The notes under the pieces: generated by a model | Databases searched by the model: none | What the model was told of the DNA's origin: nothing | Seen by the model: only the letters and a program-made list of their open reading frames with translations | Shown here: one piece after another, positions 9,561 to 20,669 of the stretch | Position numbering within the stretch: the stretch's first letter is position 1 | How the letters are laid out: each line of letters opens with the position of its first letter | Position numbers and translations under genes: made by a program | Assembly (NCBI GenBank): GCA_030950195.1 | Contig: JAUZRS010000040.1 | Span: 1 to 38,877 of the forward strand | Length of the DNA: 38,877 nucleotides | Origin: Gammaproteobacteria bacterium | Lineage (GTDB): Bacteria > Pseudomonadota > Gammaproteobacteria > JAUZRS01 | Direction of reading: 5' to 3'

Positions 9561-11008
9561 CAACGGTTCCAGAAAGCAGGAGTAAACAGCACCAACAGAG
9601 TAAAAATTTCCAAACGACCAAACAGCATCGTCAACGCCAGCACCCATTTCACAAAATCACTCAAATCAGCATAGTGAGCACCCACCTCACCCAAACCCGG
9701 GCCTAAATTATTCAGACACGCTGCCACCGCTGAAAACGCCGTCACCTGATCCAAACCCGCCAACATCAACAACAACAACATCACGCTAAAGACCAATACA
9801 TAAGCGGCAAAAAACCCCCAAACCGCTTCAACAACACGATCCGAAAGGGCTTTTTTACCCACTTTCACACTGATCTGAGCATTAGGATGAATCAGGCGCA
9901 TCATCTCCCTCATGCCTTGTTTATAGAGCAACAAGACTCGAATCACTTTCATACCGCCGCCCGTTGAACCTGCACAACCACCAACAAAACTGGCAAACAG
10001 AAGCAACACCGGTAAAAAGCCAGGCCAATCAAAATAAGCAGCGGTGGTAAATCCAGTGGTGGTACCGATAGAGACCGCTTGAAAAATACCGTGATGCAGC
10101 GCATCACTAAAATCATAGAGCTCATGACCATAAAGATAGGCCACCGAAATCAAAGCGATCAACAACAGAAAGAAAAAATAGGTTTTAAACTCAGAATCAT
10201 GCCGATACGGTGACAGGGTCAAATTACGCACCGCCATAAAATGTAAGCCAAAATTAACTCCCGCCAGCAGCATAAAGACCACCGCCACCATCTCAATCAA
10301 CTGACTCTGAAAATAGCCGATACTGTCATCGTGAGTGGAAAAACCACCAATGGCCACGGTAGAAAAACTGTGGGTGATGGCATCAAAGGCACTCATACCC
10401 GCCGCAAAATAGGCCAGCGCACAGGCGATGGTCAAACCCAAATAGATAAACCACAACGCCTTGGCTGTTTCGGTGATACGGGGAGTTAACTTGGTGTCTT
10501 TTACAGGCCCCGGAGTCTCGGCTCGATAAAGCTGCATCCCCCCAACCCCAAGCATCGGCAAAATAGCCACTGCCAAAACAATGATTCCCATCCCGCCCAG
10601 CCACTGCAACTGCTGACGATAAAAGAGAATCGATTTAGGCAGCGTATCCAAGCCCACAATAACCGTTGCCCCAGTGGTGGTCAGGGCAGAGACCGACTCA
10701 AACACCGCATCGGTAAACGACAGCAGAGGTTGCTCAGCAAAGTAGAAGGGCAACGCGCCCGCCAAACCCAGTACAACCCAAAACAGTACCACCACTAAAA
10801 AGCCTTCACGCAAGCGCAGTTCGCGGCGCACACTGTAAACCGGCAACCAAAAAAACAGCCCCGTCAACAACACCACCAAAAAACCGTTGCCAAAGGTCTG
10901 TAACAGACCATCGTCGTACCACCACGAAACCAACACTGGCGGCAACAAGGTAAAGCTGAATAACATCAGCAACAGACCCAGCACTTTTTGAATAATAGAA
11001 ACTTGCAT
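9560..11008 (-). CDS. trkH: Trk potassium uptake membrane protein
   Basis: FESVSALTTTGAT, QWLGGMGII, GGCAGSTGGG and GRLEIF motifs. Confidence 0.97.
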   Translation of the reverse strand: MQVSIIQKVLGLLLMLFSFTLLPPVLVSWWYDDGLLQTFGNGFLVVLLTGLFFWLPVYSVRRELRLREGFLVVVLFWVVLGLAGALPFYFAEQPLLSFTDAVFESVSALTTTGATVIVGLDTLPKSILFYRQQLQWLGGMGIIVLAVAILPMLGVGGMQLYRAETPGPVKDTKLTPRITETAKALWFIYLGLTIACALAYFAAGMSAFDAITHSFSTVAIGGFSTHDDSIGYFQSQLIEMVAVVFMLLAGVNFGLHFMAVRNLTLSPYRHDSEFKTYFFFLLLIALISVAYLYGHELYDFSDALHHGIFQAVSIGTTTGFTTAAYFDWPGFLPVLLLFASFVGGCAGSTGGGMKVIRVLLLYKQGMREMMRLIHPNAQISVKVGKKALSDRVVEAVWGFFAAYVLVFSVMLLLLMLAGLDQVTAFSAVAACLNNLGPGLGEVGAHYADLSDFVKWVLALTMLFGRLEIFTLLVLFTPAFWNR

Positions 11009-11027
11009 AAAAATTCAATCGTTGGGA

Positions 11028-12401
11028 TTAAATAAAGGTCACCGCAACCTGGAACAGCTGCTCAACTTCCTGAATACGGGATTTATCTACCAAAAAGAGG
11101 ATCACGTGATCTTCCGCCTCAATTACCACATCATCATGAGCAATCAAGACCTCCTCACCGCGCACCAGCGCCCCAATGGAGGTGCCTTTAGGTAGTTTCA
11201 AAGCATCCAAACGTCGCCCCACCACTTTGGAGGTTTTTCGGTCGCCATGCGCCACCGCTTCAATGGCCTCTGCGGCACCACGGCGCAAAGAATGTACCGC
11301 CACCACATCGCCACGACGTACATGAGTTAACAGGGTGCCGATGGTCACCTGCTGCGGCGAAATAGCAATATCAATAATGCCACTTTCCACCAGATCTACA
11401 TACGCGGGTTTGTTAATCAGCGCCATCACTTTGGTCGCCCCCATACGTTTGGCCAACATCGCAGAGAGAATATTAGCCTCATCGTCATTGGTCACTGCAC
11501 AGAAAATATCCGTATCTTCGATGTTCTCTTCCAGTAGCAATTCACGATCAGCCGCATCACCGAGCAGCACAATCGCTCTGTCCAAGTTTTCCGCCAAATG
11601 ATGGGCTTGACGAGCATTGCTCTCGATGATTTTAACCCGGTAATCGTTCTCCAGAGTCATTGCCAAATTGCGGCCAATGTTGCCACCACCGGCAATCATA
11701 ATACGTTTGACCGGTTTATCCAGATGACGCAGTTCACTCATCACTGCCAAAATATGCTCTTTGGCAGCAACAAAAAAAACCTCATCGTCCGCTTCAATGA
11801 CCGTATTGCCATTGGGCAAAATGGCACGACCGTTACGAAAGATGGCCGCCACACGGTTCTCTGCATTGGGCATGTGCTCTTTCAACGTGCGCAGCTCATG
11901 CCCCACCAAGGGCCCGCCGTAATAGGCTTTCACCGCCACCAAACGCACCCGCCCACCGGCAAAGTCCAGCACCTGCAGCGCCCCTGGGTACTCAATCAAG
12001 CGCTGCACGTAATTGGTCACAATCTGCTCAGGACTGATCAAAACATCAATTGGCAGTGCATCAGGGGCAAACAGCAACGGCTCACGCAAGTACTCCCGCG
12101 CCCGCAGACGGGCAATTTTGGTCGGCGTATGAAACAGTGTCGCAGCAACCTGACAGGCGATCATATTAACCTCATCGCTGTTGGTCACCGCCAGCAACAT
12201 GTCCGCATCATCCGCCCCCGCACGCCGCAGTACCTCAGGGTGAGAACCGACACCACAGACCGTACCAATGTCCATTTTATCGCGCAGTTCTTGTAAAATG
12301 TCATTATCCACATCCACAACGGTAATGTCATTACCCTCACGCGCCAAGTTGTAGGCCACCGAAGAGCCCACCTGTCCTGCACCCAAAATAATAATTTTCA
12401 T
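11028..12401 (-). CDS. trkA: Trk potassium uptake NAD-binding subunit
   Basis: [12 protein letters not shown]; two RCK domains (second IAGGGNIG); 457 aa. Confidence 0.98.
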   Translation of the reverse strand: MKIIILGAGQVGSSVAYNLAREGNDITVVDVDNDILQELRDKMDIGTVCGVGSHPEVLRRAGADDADMLLAVTNSDEVNMIACQVAATLFHTPTKIARLRAREYLREPLLFAPDALPIDVLISPEQIVTNYVQRLIEYPGALQVLDFAGGRVRLVAVKAYYGGPLVGHELRTLKEHMPNAENRVAAIFRNGRAILPNGNTVIEADDEVFFVAAKEHILAVMSELRHLDKPVKRIMIAGGGNIGRNLAMTLENDYRVKIIESNARQAHHLAENLDRAIVLLGDAADRELLLEENIEDTDIFCAVTNDDEANILSAMLAKRMGATKVMALINKPAYVDLVESGIIDIAISPQQVTIGTLLTHVRRGDVVAVHSLRRGAAEAIEAVAHGDRKTSKVVGRRLDALKLPKGTSIGALVRGEEVLIAHDDVVIEAEDHVILFLVDKSRIQEVEQLFQVAVTFI

Positions 12402-12409
12402 CTGGACTG

Positions 12410-13783
12410 TTAAACGTGATGTTTGAGGTGTTCAATCCCCAAACTTCGCAACTTACGATAAAGGTGGGTGCGTTCCATACCGACCCGTTTGGCCAGCTCG
12501 CCAACACTGCCGCCCACCACACTCAGCTGGCGCTGCAGATAAATACGCTCAAACTCAGCGCGTGCTTTACGCAGCGGCAAATTCAAAGGCAACAACATGC
12601 TGTTATCGGGCATGTCTGCCCGCACTTTGGGTGAGGCCAAAGCACTCTTAACCTCTTCCACCGACACCTCCACTTCTTCACCCAACATCATCAGGCGATG
12701 CACCAAGGTACGCAACTCGCGAATGTTGCCTGGCCAGGTATAATTACGCAGAAAATTTTGCGCTGCCACGCCAAAATGTCGATAACCCAACTTTTCTGTT
12801 TCCACAAAATGATCGACGAAAAACTCCAACAATTCTGGAATATCTTCGCGATGCTGGCGCAGGCTCGGCACTTCCAAAGAGATGCCATTCAGACAGTGAT
12901 ACAGCTCGGCTTTAAACCCCTCTTGCTGTACCAGCAGCGCCAAATCTTTACTGCTGGCCGCCAACAGACGCACATCACAGCGTATCGGCTCAACGCCCCC
13001 CACACGGGTAAAAAGACCGTTCATCAGAACACCCAGCAATTGTGACTGCAACGCCTCCGACATCTGTGCCAGATCATCCAAAAACAGCGAACCACCCTGC
13101 GCCCGTTCAAGCGCACCAGCGGTGACCTTACCCGCCACTTCACTGCCAAAAATTTCTAAAGCTTCTTTGTCGTGTGCCAAACGAGACAAATTAATTTCGA
13201 TAAACGAACCGGCTGCTCGTGAACTTTGAGCGTGTAAATTCTGCATCAAGGTGCGTTTTCCCACACCAAATTCGCCCATCACCAATACCGGTGTTTCATA
13301 AGCTGCCACCTTACCCAGCTTGTCGCGCAGTGAACTGAGTACCTCACTGCTGCCCACCATCCTACTCACGACCAAACTGGAAGCTGCTCGATGAGGGCTG
13401 GAAATAGGTGTTTCGTTTCTCTGCAAGGCTTTTTGCACCGTCAGCAGCAATTTCGCCAAAGAGAGTGGTTTTTCAATAAAATCCGTTGCTCCAAACCGAG
13501 TCGCTTCCACCGCAGTCTCAACGGTGCCATGACCGGACATCATAATCACCGGAGCAGCCAGATCCCCTTCCATTTTCCACTCTTTTAGCAAGGTGATGCC
13601 ATCTTCATCAGGCATCCAGATATCCAACAAAACCAGATCCGGTTCTCGCTGCTGCAATATTTGACGAGCAGTGGCGGCATTTTTAGCCACCTCAACCTCG
13701 TAGCCCTCATCCTCGAGAATATCTCTGACCGATGAACAGATATCCGGCTCATCATCCACCACGAGTATGTACGGCATATTCAT
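12410..13783 (-). CDS. ntrX: NtrX-like response regulator (REC-AAA+-Fis HTH)
   Basis: [20 protein letters not shown] and [11 protein letters not shown] motifs; ATGA overlap with the kinase gene; conserved rsmB-DUF4390-ntrYX-trkAH context. Confidence 0.88.
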   Translation of the reverse strand: MNMPYILVVDDEPDICSSVRDILEDEGYEVEVAKNAATARQILQQREPDLVLLDIWMPDEDGITLLKEWKMEGDLAAPVIMMSGHGTVETAVEATRFGATDFIEKPLSLAKLLLTVQKALQRNETPISSPHRAASSLVVSRMVGSSEVLSSLRDKLGKVAAYETPVLVMGEFGVGKRTLMQNLHAQSSRAAGSFIEINLSRLAHDKEALEIFGSEVAGKVTAGALERAQGGSLFLDDLAQMSEALQSQLLGVLMNGLFTRVGGVEPIRCDVRLLAASSKDLALLVQQEGFKAELYHCLNGISLEVPSLRQHREDIPELLEFFVDHFVETEKLGYRHFGVAAQNFLRNYTWPGNIRELRTLVHRLMMLGEEVEVSVEEVKSALASPKVRADMPDNSMLLPLNLPLRKARAEFERIYLQRQLSVVGGSVGELAKRVGMERTHLYRKLRSLGIEHLKHHV

Positions 13784-15963
13784 CCCAACCCTCCTAAACC
13801 AACCACTTCACTGACTGAAACCGGAAAACGAATCACCATTAAAGCACCGCCTTCCAGACCATTTTCTGCATGTACAACGCCACCATGCTCTTCAACAATT
13901 TTTTTCACAATCGCCAGACCCAACCCGCTGCCCTTCGGTTTCGAACTCACATAAGGTTCAAATACCCGATCAATCATTTCAGGCGGAAAACCAGGGCCGT
14001 TATCTTGAATGCGTAACTCAATATAACGACAGGTTTTTTCCTCTAAGCAACGGGTTGTCAAACGCACCATCGCCACATCGTTGCCACTCAAACCTTGAGC
14101 TTCCATCGCATTTTTAATCAAATTGTGCAGCAACTGCCTCAGTCTGGTCACATCCGCTTCCAACTGTGGCAAGCCCTTCCCCAAATCCAACTCCACCCAA
14201 ATTTGGCTCTCCATGCCCATGTAAAGCTCCGCCACCTCACGCACCAAATTATTCAAATCCAGAAAACGCTTAGAGAGCGAGGGCAAGGTGGCGTATTCGG
14301 CAAATGCCTTCACCATCGACTTCATCGCCTGCACCTGATTAATAATGGTGTTGGTGGCACCGTCTAAAATACGCGCCTCCTCCCCCACCATCTTCGGCAA
14401 ACAGCGATGCCGAAGACGCTCAGCGGAGAGCTGAATCGGCGTCAATGGATTTTTAATTTCATGTGCCAAACGACGCGCCACCTCACTCCACGCCTCTTCA
14501 CGCTGCACTCGCAGCAGACGAGTGATGTCATCAAAAACCAACACATACCCCTCCAACCCCGACCTCTCATTCAGGTGTGAAGCTCGACAGTTCAGCACTT
14601 TACGACCCTTAGCACCAAACAACTCCAGCTCTTCAGACCACTCATCCAAACCCTTATCAAACCAAGGCTGTATCGCCTGCAAAAACTGCTGTAGCTGCGT
14701 CTCCTGCTCGCCATCCAACAGACTCTCCATCTCTAAAATGGTCTGAGCCGCTTCATTGGCGGTCAACAAACGGTAACGCGCATCAAACGTCACAACGCCA
14801 GTGGAGATACGCCCCAACACCGCCTCCAGATAAGCGCGCTGACTCTCCAGTGTCTTTTGGCTTCGCTCAGCCACGTCTCGCGCCTGTGTTAGACGCCGTG
14901 TCATCTGATTAAAGGATTTAACCAAAAAACCCAGCTCACCCTGACCTGAAAGCGGCAGTTGGGTGGCGTAATTGCCTGCCGCCACCGCTTGTGTGCCTTC
15001 GGCCAAATCTTGAATGGGCACCATAATCTTACGCGCGAAAAAAAAAGCCCCCCAAATGGCGCTCAAAACACTCATCAACAACACCAAAGAGAGGGTCAAA
15101 ATAAAACTGACCTTCAACGGATCACGCAAAAAAACCAATTGCCGATAATCACCATAGGAACTCTCCACCTCAGCAGCCAGATCCGAGGCCTGCTCACGCA
15201 CGGGATAAAGCGCCTGTAAAATACGATTGTCATCCAAAGGATCGGAACTCAACACCGGCACCACCACCCGAATGTGCAGCAGCCCCTCTTCGCCCACCGG
15301 ATCCAAGCCGACGTACGACTGCCCTGAACGAACCTGCATCACGATCCCTTCGTCGGGACGATTGGGTATCACATTAACCCCATCCAGCGTGCTGGAGACC
15401 AATACCCGATTATTGAGGGTCAATAGGGTCAACTCAGAGGCATCGGACTCCTGGCGCAACCAGTTGAGGCGCACAATGGCACCGTCTTCGGTTAAACCAC
15501 TGAGCTGATCGGTCATATTACTGGTGATGCGCAACTGGGTACGCATCTGACCGGAAAGCGCATCTCGACTGAGCTGCAACGCACTCTCCAGCGCCTCTTC
15601 CACCTGCACCGTAAACCAGCTGTCGATGCTGGAACGCAGAAATTTAACCGAAAAAGAGTAAACCACGGTCACCGGCACAAAAGCGAGAATGACAAACATC
15701 ACCACCAAACGAATGGTTAATCGAATACCGGCCTGACTCTGACGAAACTTACTGATCAAATTCCAGGTGTTGGCTGCGATTAAGAGCAATAAAATCCCCA
15801 AACCCAGCATATTTAACAACAACAACCAGAGATAGAGACGTCCAAAACGCTCCAAATTCTCCATCATGTCAGCCAACAGATAGAGCGAACCCAATAACAG
15901 GCAGAAGAGCACCAACATCGGCACCATGCTGGTCGCCAGACGACGAATTATTTTAGCGACCAT
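13780..15963 (-). CDS. ntrY: NtrY-like sensor histidine kinase (TMs-HAMP-PAS-HisKA-HATPase)
   Basis: AWSEVARRLAHEIKNPLTPIQLSAERL, NLIKNA, DNGPG and KGSGLGLAIV motifs. Start is ATG 15963 or GTG 15972. Confidence 0.9.
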   Translation of the reverse strand: MVAKIIRRLATSMVPMLVLFCLLLGSLYLLADMMENLERFGRLYLWLLLLNMLGLGILLLLIAANTWNLISKFRQSQAGIRLTIRLVVMFVILAFVPVTVVYSFSVKFLRSSIDSWFTVQVEEALESALQLSRDALSGQMRTQLRITSNMTDQLSGLTEDGAIVRLNWLRQESDASELTLLTLNNRVLVSSTLDGVNVIPNRPDEGIVMQVRSGQSYVGLDPVGEEGLLHIRVVVPVLSSDPLDDNRILQALYPVREQASDLAAEVESSYGDYRQLVFLRDPLKVSFILTLSLVLLMSVLSAIWGAFFFARKIMVPIQDLAEGTQAVAAGNYATQLPLSGQGELGFLVKSFNQMTRRLTQARDVAERSQKTLESQRAYLEAVLGRISTGVVTFDARYRLLTANEAAQTILEMESLLDGEQETQLQQFLQAIQPWFDKGLDEWSEELELFGAKGRKVLNCRASHLNERSGLEGYVLVFDDITRLLRVQREEAWSEVARRLAHEIKNPLTPIQLSAERLRHRCLPKMVGEEARILDGATNTIINQVQAMKSMVKAFAEYATLPSLSKRFLDLNNLVREVAELYMGMESQIWVELDLGKGLPQLEADVTRLRQLLHNLIKNAMEAQGLSGNDVAMVRLTTRCLEEKTCRYIELRIQDNGPGFPPEMIDRVFEPYVSSKPKGSGLGLAIVKKIVEEHGGVVHAENGLEGGALMVIRFPVSVSEVVGLGGLG

Positions 15964-16535
15964 GAGTACCACTCACTGTCCAGCTGCCATGAAGAAGAAA
16001 AATAGGCTTGTGACAACAGCGGCAGGGGCAAGGTTGAGTGATCCAGTACCACCTTAATACGACCACGATAGTGACCCGGTTTACGCAATAAAACAGCATC
16101 CAAAAGTGGAAATGTATGTAAGGTACCGACCTGCGCTAGAGCCGAGTTAAGAGAAAAAAAACTGCGCTTAACCCCTGTATTCAAATTGGAAAGCAAATAA
16201 CGACGGCTCAACTCGTGATATTCCAAACGATAACGTTGCTCTAAAGCCGCCGTGGTTTCATCAACCCACCAGCTACGTTGGCGGATAATCTCCATCTGCA
16301 AACTCAATTGCAACGGCACACCACTTTGTAAAGCAAGCGTGGGTGCAACAGCCAACGGCAATTCAAACTCAGCATCCAGATAATAGACCCCGTTTTGCAA
16401 ATAACTCTGCGCCTGTTTGACATAAAAAGGTTTTGCTACAGCCACAATAGCAACCAGCAATCCGAGCAACAACAGAACAAACCAGCGATAACGGGCTTGA
16501 ACGTATTGCGTCGAGACAGCAGACCTAAACCTCAT
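15948..16535 (-). CDS. DUF4390 domain protein (exported)
   Basis: Signal/TM, ALQSGVPL, RSWWVDE, YHELSRRY and LPLPL...WQLDSEW; position between rsmB and ntrY. Confidence 0.85.
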   Translation of the reverse strand: MRFRSAVSTQYVQARYRWFVLLLLGLLVAIVAVAKPFYVKQAQSYLQNGVYYLDAEFELPLAVAPTLALQSGVPLQLSLQMEIIRQRSWWVDETTAALEQRYRLEYHELSRRYLLSNLNTGVKRSFFSLNSALAQVGTLHTFPLLDAVLLRKPGHYRGRIKVVLDHSTLPLPLLSQAYFSSSWQLDSEWYSWSLK

Positions 16536-16568
16536 CAGCAGAGCATCTCAATTAACCGCATCACACCC

Positions 16569-17879
16569 CTAAAACACTCGCTTTTTTTCCAATCGAGCGT
16601 AATAAAAACCATCCATACCCTCTTGGGCAGTAAACACTTGCCGACCATAAAGATCTGCAATGCCCCAGTCAGCCTGTAATGGCAGCTCAATGGCATCACT
16701 CTGCTCACACAGAAAATGGCCAATTTGTTGACTGTTTTCGGCTTTAAACAGCGAGCAGGTTGCGTAAAGCAACAGGCCACCTGGAGCCAACAACGGCCAC
16801 AACGCCTGCAGCAAACGCCGCTGTTGAGCCGCCAAAGCCTCAATGTCTTCAGCACGACGCAACACCTTGATATCAGGATGACGGCGAATCACCCCTGTAG
16901 CCGAACAAGGCGCATCCAGTAATATACGCTCAAAGGGCTTTCCATCCCACCAGAGATTAGTCTCTGCCGCATCGGCGCAGACCTGCTTCGCCGAACGCTG
17001 CAAACGTTGCAGGTTTTCCGTCACTCGATCCAGACGTTTTTGATCGCTGTCCAGCGCCCACAACTCCAGATCATCGGCCTGCTCTAAAATGTGGCCGGTT
17101 TTACCACCAGGCGCGGCACAGGCATCCAAAATTCGCTGTCCAGGCTGTACATCCAACAGCTGTGCAGCCAACTGCGCCGCCGCATCTTGCACCGAACAGC
17201 TACCCTGTTCAAAACGGGGTAACACACTCACAGACTGCGGCTTTGCCAGGATCAACGCCGCTGCTGCATGGGGATGTTCTTCAGCTTCGATGCCCTGCTG
17301 TTGCAATTGCTGAAGATAATCAGTTCGGCTCTGCTGACGCACATTAACCCGCAAGGTCATGGGGGGCGGTTCATTGGCAGCGATCAATAACGATTGCCAC
17401 TGCTCTGGCCAATCGTGTTGCAAACGTTCGATGATCCAAGCGGGATGAGAGTAGTGCGCTTCCAAATCCGATTCCAACGCCGTCAGCAGTTCTTCTTTGC
17501 GACGGATAAAGTTACGCAAGACCCCGTTCACCAGCGCCTTTGCCCAACCTTTACCCAATTTTTTGCTCACCGCCACACTGTCGTTGACCGCCGCGTATTC
17601 CGGTACTCGCATATAAAGCAGTTGAAACAGCGCCAACAGCAGCAAGGCCTGCACGTCTTGATCTTTATTGCGCAGCGGTTTTTGCAGCAGTTTGGCCAAC
17701 AACCACTGCAATTTAGGCAAATAACGCATCACGCCAAAACAGAGCGCCTGCAACAGCGCGCGGTCTTTTTCCGCGACTCGTTCAGAAAACTCCGGCAACA
17801 GTGTGCCCAAAGATTCACCGTGGCGCAGAACTCGATTGACCACTTTGGTGGCCGCCAAGCGCACCGGCAGCAGCGCCAT
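16569..17879 (-). CDS. rsmB: 16S rRNA m5C967 methyltransferase
   Basis: NusB-like N-domain; LDACAAPGGKT, LDAPCSATGVIRRHPDIK and YATCS; TAATG overlap with fmt. Confidence 0.97.
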   Translation of the reverse strand: MALLPVRLAATKVVNRVLRHGESLGTLLPEFSERVAEKDRALLQALCFGVMRYLPKLQWLLAKLLQKPLRNKDQDVQALLLLALFQLLYMRVPEYAAVNDSVAVSKKLGKGWAKALVNGVLRNFIRRKEELLTALESDLEAHYSHPAWIIERLQHDWPEQWQSLLIAANEPPPMTLRVNVRQQSRTDYLQQLQQQGIEAEEHPHAAAALILAKPQSVSVLPRFEQGSCSVQDAAAQLAAQLLDVQPGQRILDACAAPGGKTGHILEQADDLELWALDSDQKRLDRVTENLQRLQRSAKQVCADAAETNLWWDGKPFERILLDAPCSATGVIRRHPDIKVLRRAEDIEALAAQQRRLLQALWPLLAPGGLLLYATCSLFKAENSQQIGHFLCEQSDAIELPLQADWGIADLYGRQVFTAQEGMDGFYYARLEKKRVF

Positions 17880-18823
17880 TACGACGACTCCGACTCGCCC
17901 AAACGGCAGCCCTGCGGTGAATGTGCATTGAGAAAATCCGCCACCTTAAGGGCTTTTTTGCCAGGTAACTGCACCTGTTTCAACTGCAACACACCCTCAC
18001 CACAGGCCACTCGAATGCCGCTTTTATCCGCCGACATCACCGTACCAGGCAGCCCCTCGGTAACCACATCACGCAGCGCTTCCGCTTGCCAAACCCGCAT
18101 CATTTTGCCCTTGAACAACGTTTGTGCCACGGGCCAGGGATTAAACGCCCTCACTTGCCGCTCCAGCTGCAAAGCCGAACGCTGCCAATCCAGCGTCGCC
18201 TCGGTTTTATCCAATTTGGATGCGTAAGTAACCAAATCAGCCTTCTGTCGCTCTGCCTGCCAACCACCAACAGGGTGTTCTGCCAACTGAGAAAGCAACA
18301 GATCCGCCCCCATCAGACACAGTTTGTCATGCAACGAGCCTCCGCTTTCATCTGCTTCGATGGGACAGACCGACTTCGCCAACATATCACCCGTATCCAA
18401 ACCCACATCCATCTGCATCAAGGTGATGCCCGACTCGGCATCACCGGCCAAAATAGCGCGCTGAATGGGAGCAGCGCCGCGCCAACGCGGCAGCAAAGAG
18501 GCGTGCAGGTTCAAACAGCCCAGACGCGGCGCAACCAAAATCACCTGCGGTAAAATCAAACCGTAAGCCACCACCACCATCAAATCAGCCTCAAAAGCCT
18601 GTAGCTGCTCTACATCTTCGCTTTGTTTGAAATTCAGTGGCTGACAGACCTCAATTCCGGCCTCTAAGGCCACCTCTTTCACCGCGCTCATTTTGGGCAA
18701 CCGACCTCGCCCTGCACGACGATCCGGCTGGGTGTAGACCGCACACACCTCGTGCTCAGATGCCAGCAGCGCCTGCAGAGCAGGCACAGAAAAATCGGGG
18801 GTACCCGCATAGATGATCTTCAC
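17879..18823 (-). CDS. fmt: Methionyl-tRNA formyltransferase
   Basis: AGTPDF, VYTQPDR, NLHASLLPRWRGAAPIQRA; GTG start. Confidence 0.98.
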   Translation of the reverse strand: MKIIYAGTPDFSVPALQALLASEHEVCAVYTQPDRRAGRGRLPKMSAVKEVALEAGIEVCQPLNFKQSEDVEQLQAFEADLMVVVAYGLILPQVILVAPRLGCLNLHASLLPRWRGAAPIQRAILAGDAESGITLMQMDVGLDTGDMLAKSVCPIEADESGGSLHDKLCLMGADLLLSQLAEHPVGGWQAERQKADLVTYASKLDKTEATLDWQRSALQLERQVRAFNPWPVAQTLFKGKMMRVWQAEALRDVVTEGLPGTVMSADKSGIRVACGEGVLQLKQVQLPGKKALKVADFLNAHSPQGCRLGESESS

Positions 18824-18850
18824 TTTCGACTCCTTTCCCGTTCTCTTTTT

Positions 18851-19360
18851 TTATTTTTTTTGACGACTTTTTTCCAATTTTTCCAGCTTTTTACGGATGC
18901 GCTGGCGTTTTAACGATGAGATGTAATCGACAAACAATTTGCCATCCAAGTGATCAATTTCATGCTGAATGCAGACCGCCAACAGATCCTCCGCCTCCAG
19001 CTCAAACACCTCACCCTGCTGATTTAAGGCTCGAACTCGAATGCGTTCTGCCCGACTGACCGTTTCATAAAATCCCGGCACCGACAGACAACCCTCGTCC
19101 ATCTCTTCAACGCCGTGCAATTCAATCAACTCAGGATTAATCAACACCAACGGTTGATCGTGATCCTCTGAAACATCCACCACCACCACGCGCCGATGCA
19201 CGTTCACCTGCGTAGCAGCCAAACCAATGCCCACCGCGTCGTACATCGTCTCCAACAGATCATCGACCAACTTCACCACGCCACTGTCCACCTCACGCAC
19301 AGCAACCGCTTTGGTGCGCAGACGTGGGTCTGGAAAATGCAAAATATCCAATAACGCCAT
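18851..19360 (-). CDS. def: Peptide deformylase
   Basis: [13 protein letters not shown] and QHEIDHLDG motifs. Confidence 0.98.
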   Translation of the reverse strand: MALLDILHFPDPRLRTKAVAVREVDSGVVKLVDDLLETMYDAVGIGLAATQVNVHRRVVVVDVSEDHDQPLVLINPELIELHGVEEMDEGCLSVPGFYETVSRAERIRVRALNQQGEVFELEAEDLLAVCIQHEIDHLDGKLFVDYISSLKRQRIRKKLEKLEKSRQKK

Positions 19361-19506
19361 AATTTCAAACCAATAATGTATCTGTAATCTATAAAAAAAT
19401 GCGACTAATAATGTGAGCTAGGCCAAGATCATCAACGTCTGTCACTTGTACGATAGGTCACATTCTGGCTAAACTGCTAAAAAATAACCTGTGTGGAGTA
19501 AGGATC

Positions 19507-20667
19507 TTGACAGCAAAATTCCCAAAACGTGCCTTCGGTATGTTCAGTGCAATCGGTCTCTTACTCACACTCAGCGGCTGCGCCACTCAAGCACCGCAAA
19601 AAACCGTTGCCCCACCACCAAAACCCACTTTCGCCCCAAAACTCGAATTTAAAGCCGATCCAAAGCCGGTTATCCTACGCGAAAGTCGCCCCCAGCTCTA
19701 CGTTGTGGTCAAAGGCGATACATTGTGGGACATCGCCGCTCATTTTCTACGCGATCCTTGGATCTGGCCAGAAATCTGGGAAGTGAACCCACAAATCCAA
19801 AACCCTCACCTAATCTACCCAGGTGATCGTATCAGCGTCAGCCTAATTGATGGCCAACCGCACCTCTATCTGGATCGTCCCGGCATGACTGGGCGACCAC
19901 TGACGCTACCACGCGGCACCCCCATTGTGCGTCTCTCGCCACAAATTCGAGAACAGGCCTTAGAGACCGCCATCCCGATGATCTCTGCCAACGCCATTCG
20001 CCAATTTACGGTGCAACCGCGCATCGTTGGCAAAAATGAACTGGCCAACGCCCCCTACATCCTTGGCAATCAAGAAGGGCGGCTGCTCAGCGCTACAGGC
20101 AATCAACTCTACGCTCGCGGCCTCAAAAGCAACGATGAATCTCTGTTCAGCATTTTCCGCCCAGGCAACACCTTTATCGACCCCGACAGCGACGAAATCC
20201 TCGGTTACGAAGCGATTTTTATCGCCGATGCCAAAGTGACGCAGTTCGGCGACCCTGCCACCCTCACCATCACAAACAGCACGCGTGAAACTCTTGGCGG
20301 TGATCGCCTGTTGATGCAGAAAAAAGGCACACTCCAACACAGCTACCTGCCCCATGTACCCAAACAACCCATCAACGCACAGATCATCTCCCTCTTCGAC
20401 GCCATCAGTCAGGTGGCGCAAAATCAAGTCGTGGTGCTCAATAAAGGCCAGCAAGACGGTCTGGAAGTAGGGCATATTTTAGCGATTAAAAAACGCGGTG
20501 AAATGATCAAAGATCGTTTCAGTGGCAAACACAACGACTACGTACAGCTGCCCGACAGCACCGCTGGGGTCTTAATGATCTTCCGCAGTTTTGATCGCCT
20601 CAGTTACGGCCTGATTATGGAAGCCACCCGCGCCATCCACATCAATGACAGGGTTACCAACCCCTAA
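19507..20667 (+). CDS. LysM peptidoglycan-binding protein (TsaP-like), predicted lipoprotein
   Basis: LSGC lipobox; YVVVKGDTLWDIA..FLRDPWIWPEIW..NPHLIYPGD; sits between def and dprA. Confidence 0.88.
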   Translation: MTAKFPKRAFGMFSAIGLLLTLSGCATQAPQKTVAPPPKPTFAPKLEFKADPKPVILRESRPQLYVVVKGDTLWDIAAHFLRDPWIWPEIWEVNPQIQNPHLIYPGDRISVSLIDGQPHLYLDRPGMTGRPLTLPRGTPIVRLSPQIREQALETAIPMISANAIRQFTVQPRIVGKNELANAPYILGNQEGRLLSATGNQLYARGLKSNDESLFSIFRPGNTFIDPDSDEILGYEAIFIADAKVTQFGDPATLTITNSTRETLGGDRLLMQKKGTLQHSYLPHVPKQPINAQIISLFDAISQVAQNQVVVLNKGQQDGLEVGHILAIKKRGEMIKDRFSGKHNDYVQLPDSTAGVLMIFRSFDRLSYGLIMEATRAIHINDRVTNP

Positions 20668-20669
20668 CC

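Noticed and set aside
15038-15046. T9 run in ntrY as a slippage site
   Set aside because: It encodes Phe-Phe-Phe in a TM helix with the frame intact; there is no evidence of variation without reads.
16535-16855. 106-aa ORF bridging rsmB and DUF4390
   Set aside because: Alternate frame lying almost entirely inside rsmB; its composition is not protein-like.
19400-19465. CRP/CRP-S competence sites upstream of the LysM-dprA genes (TGTAC-N6-TCACA at 19447-19462)
   Set aside because: Only half-site matches; too weak to call.
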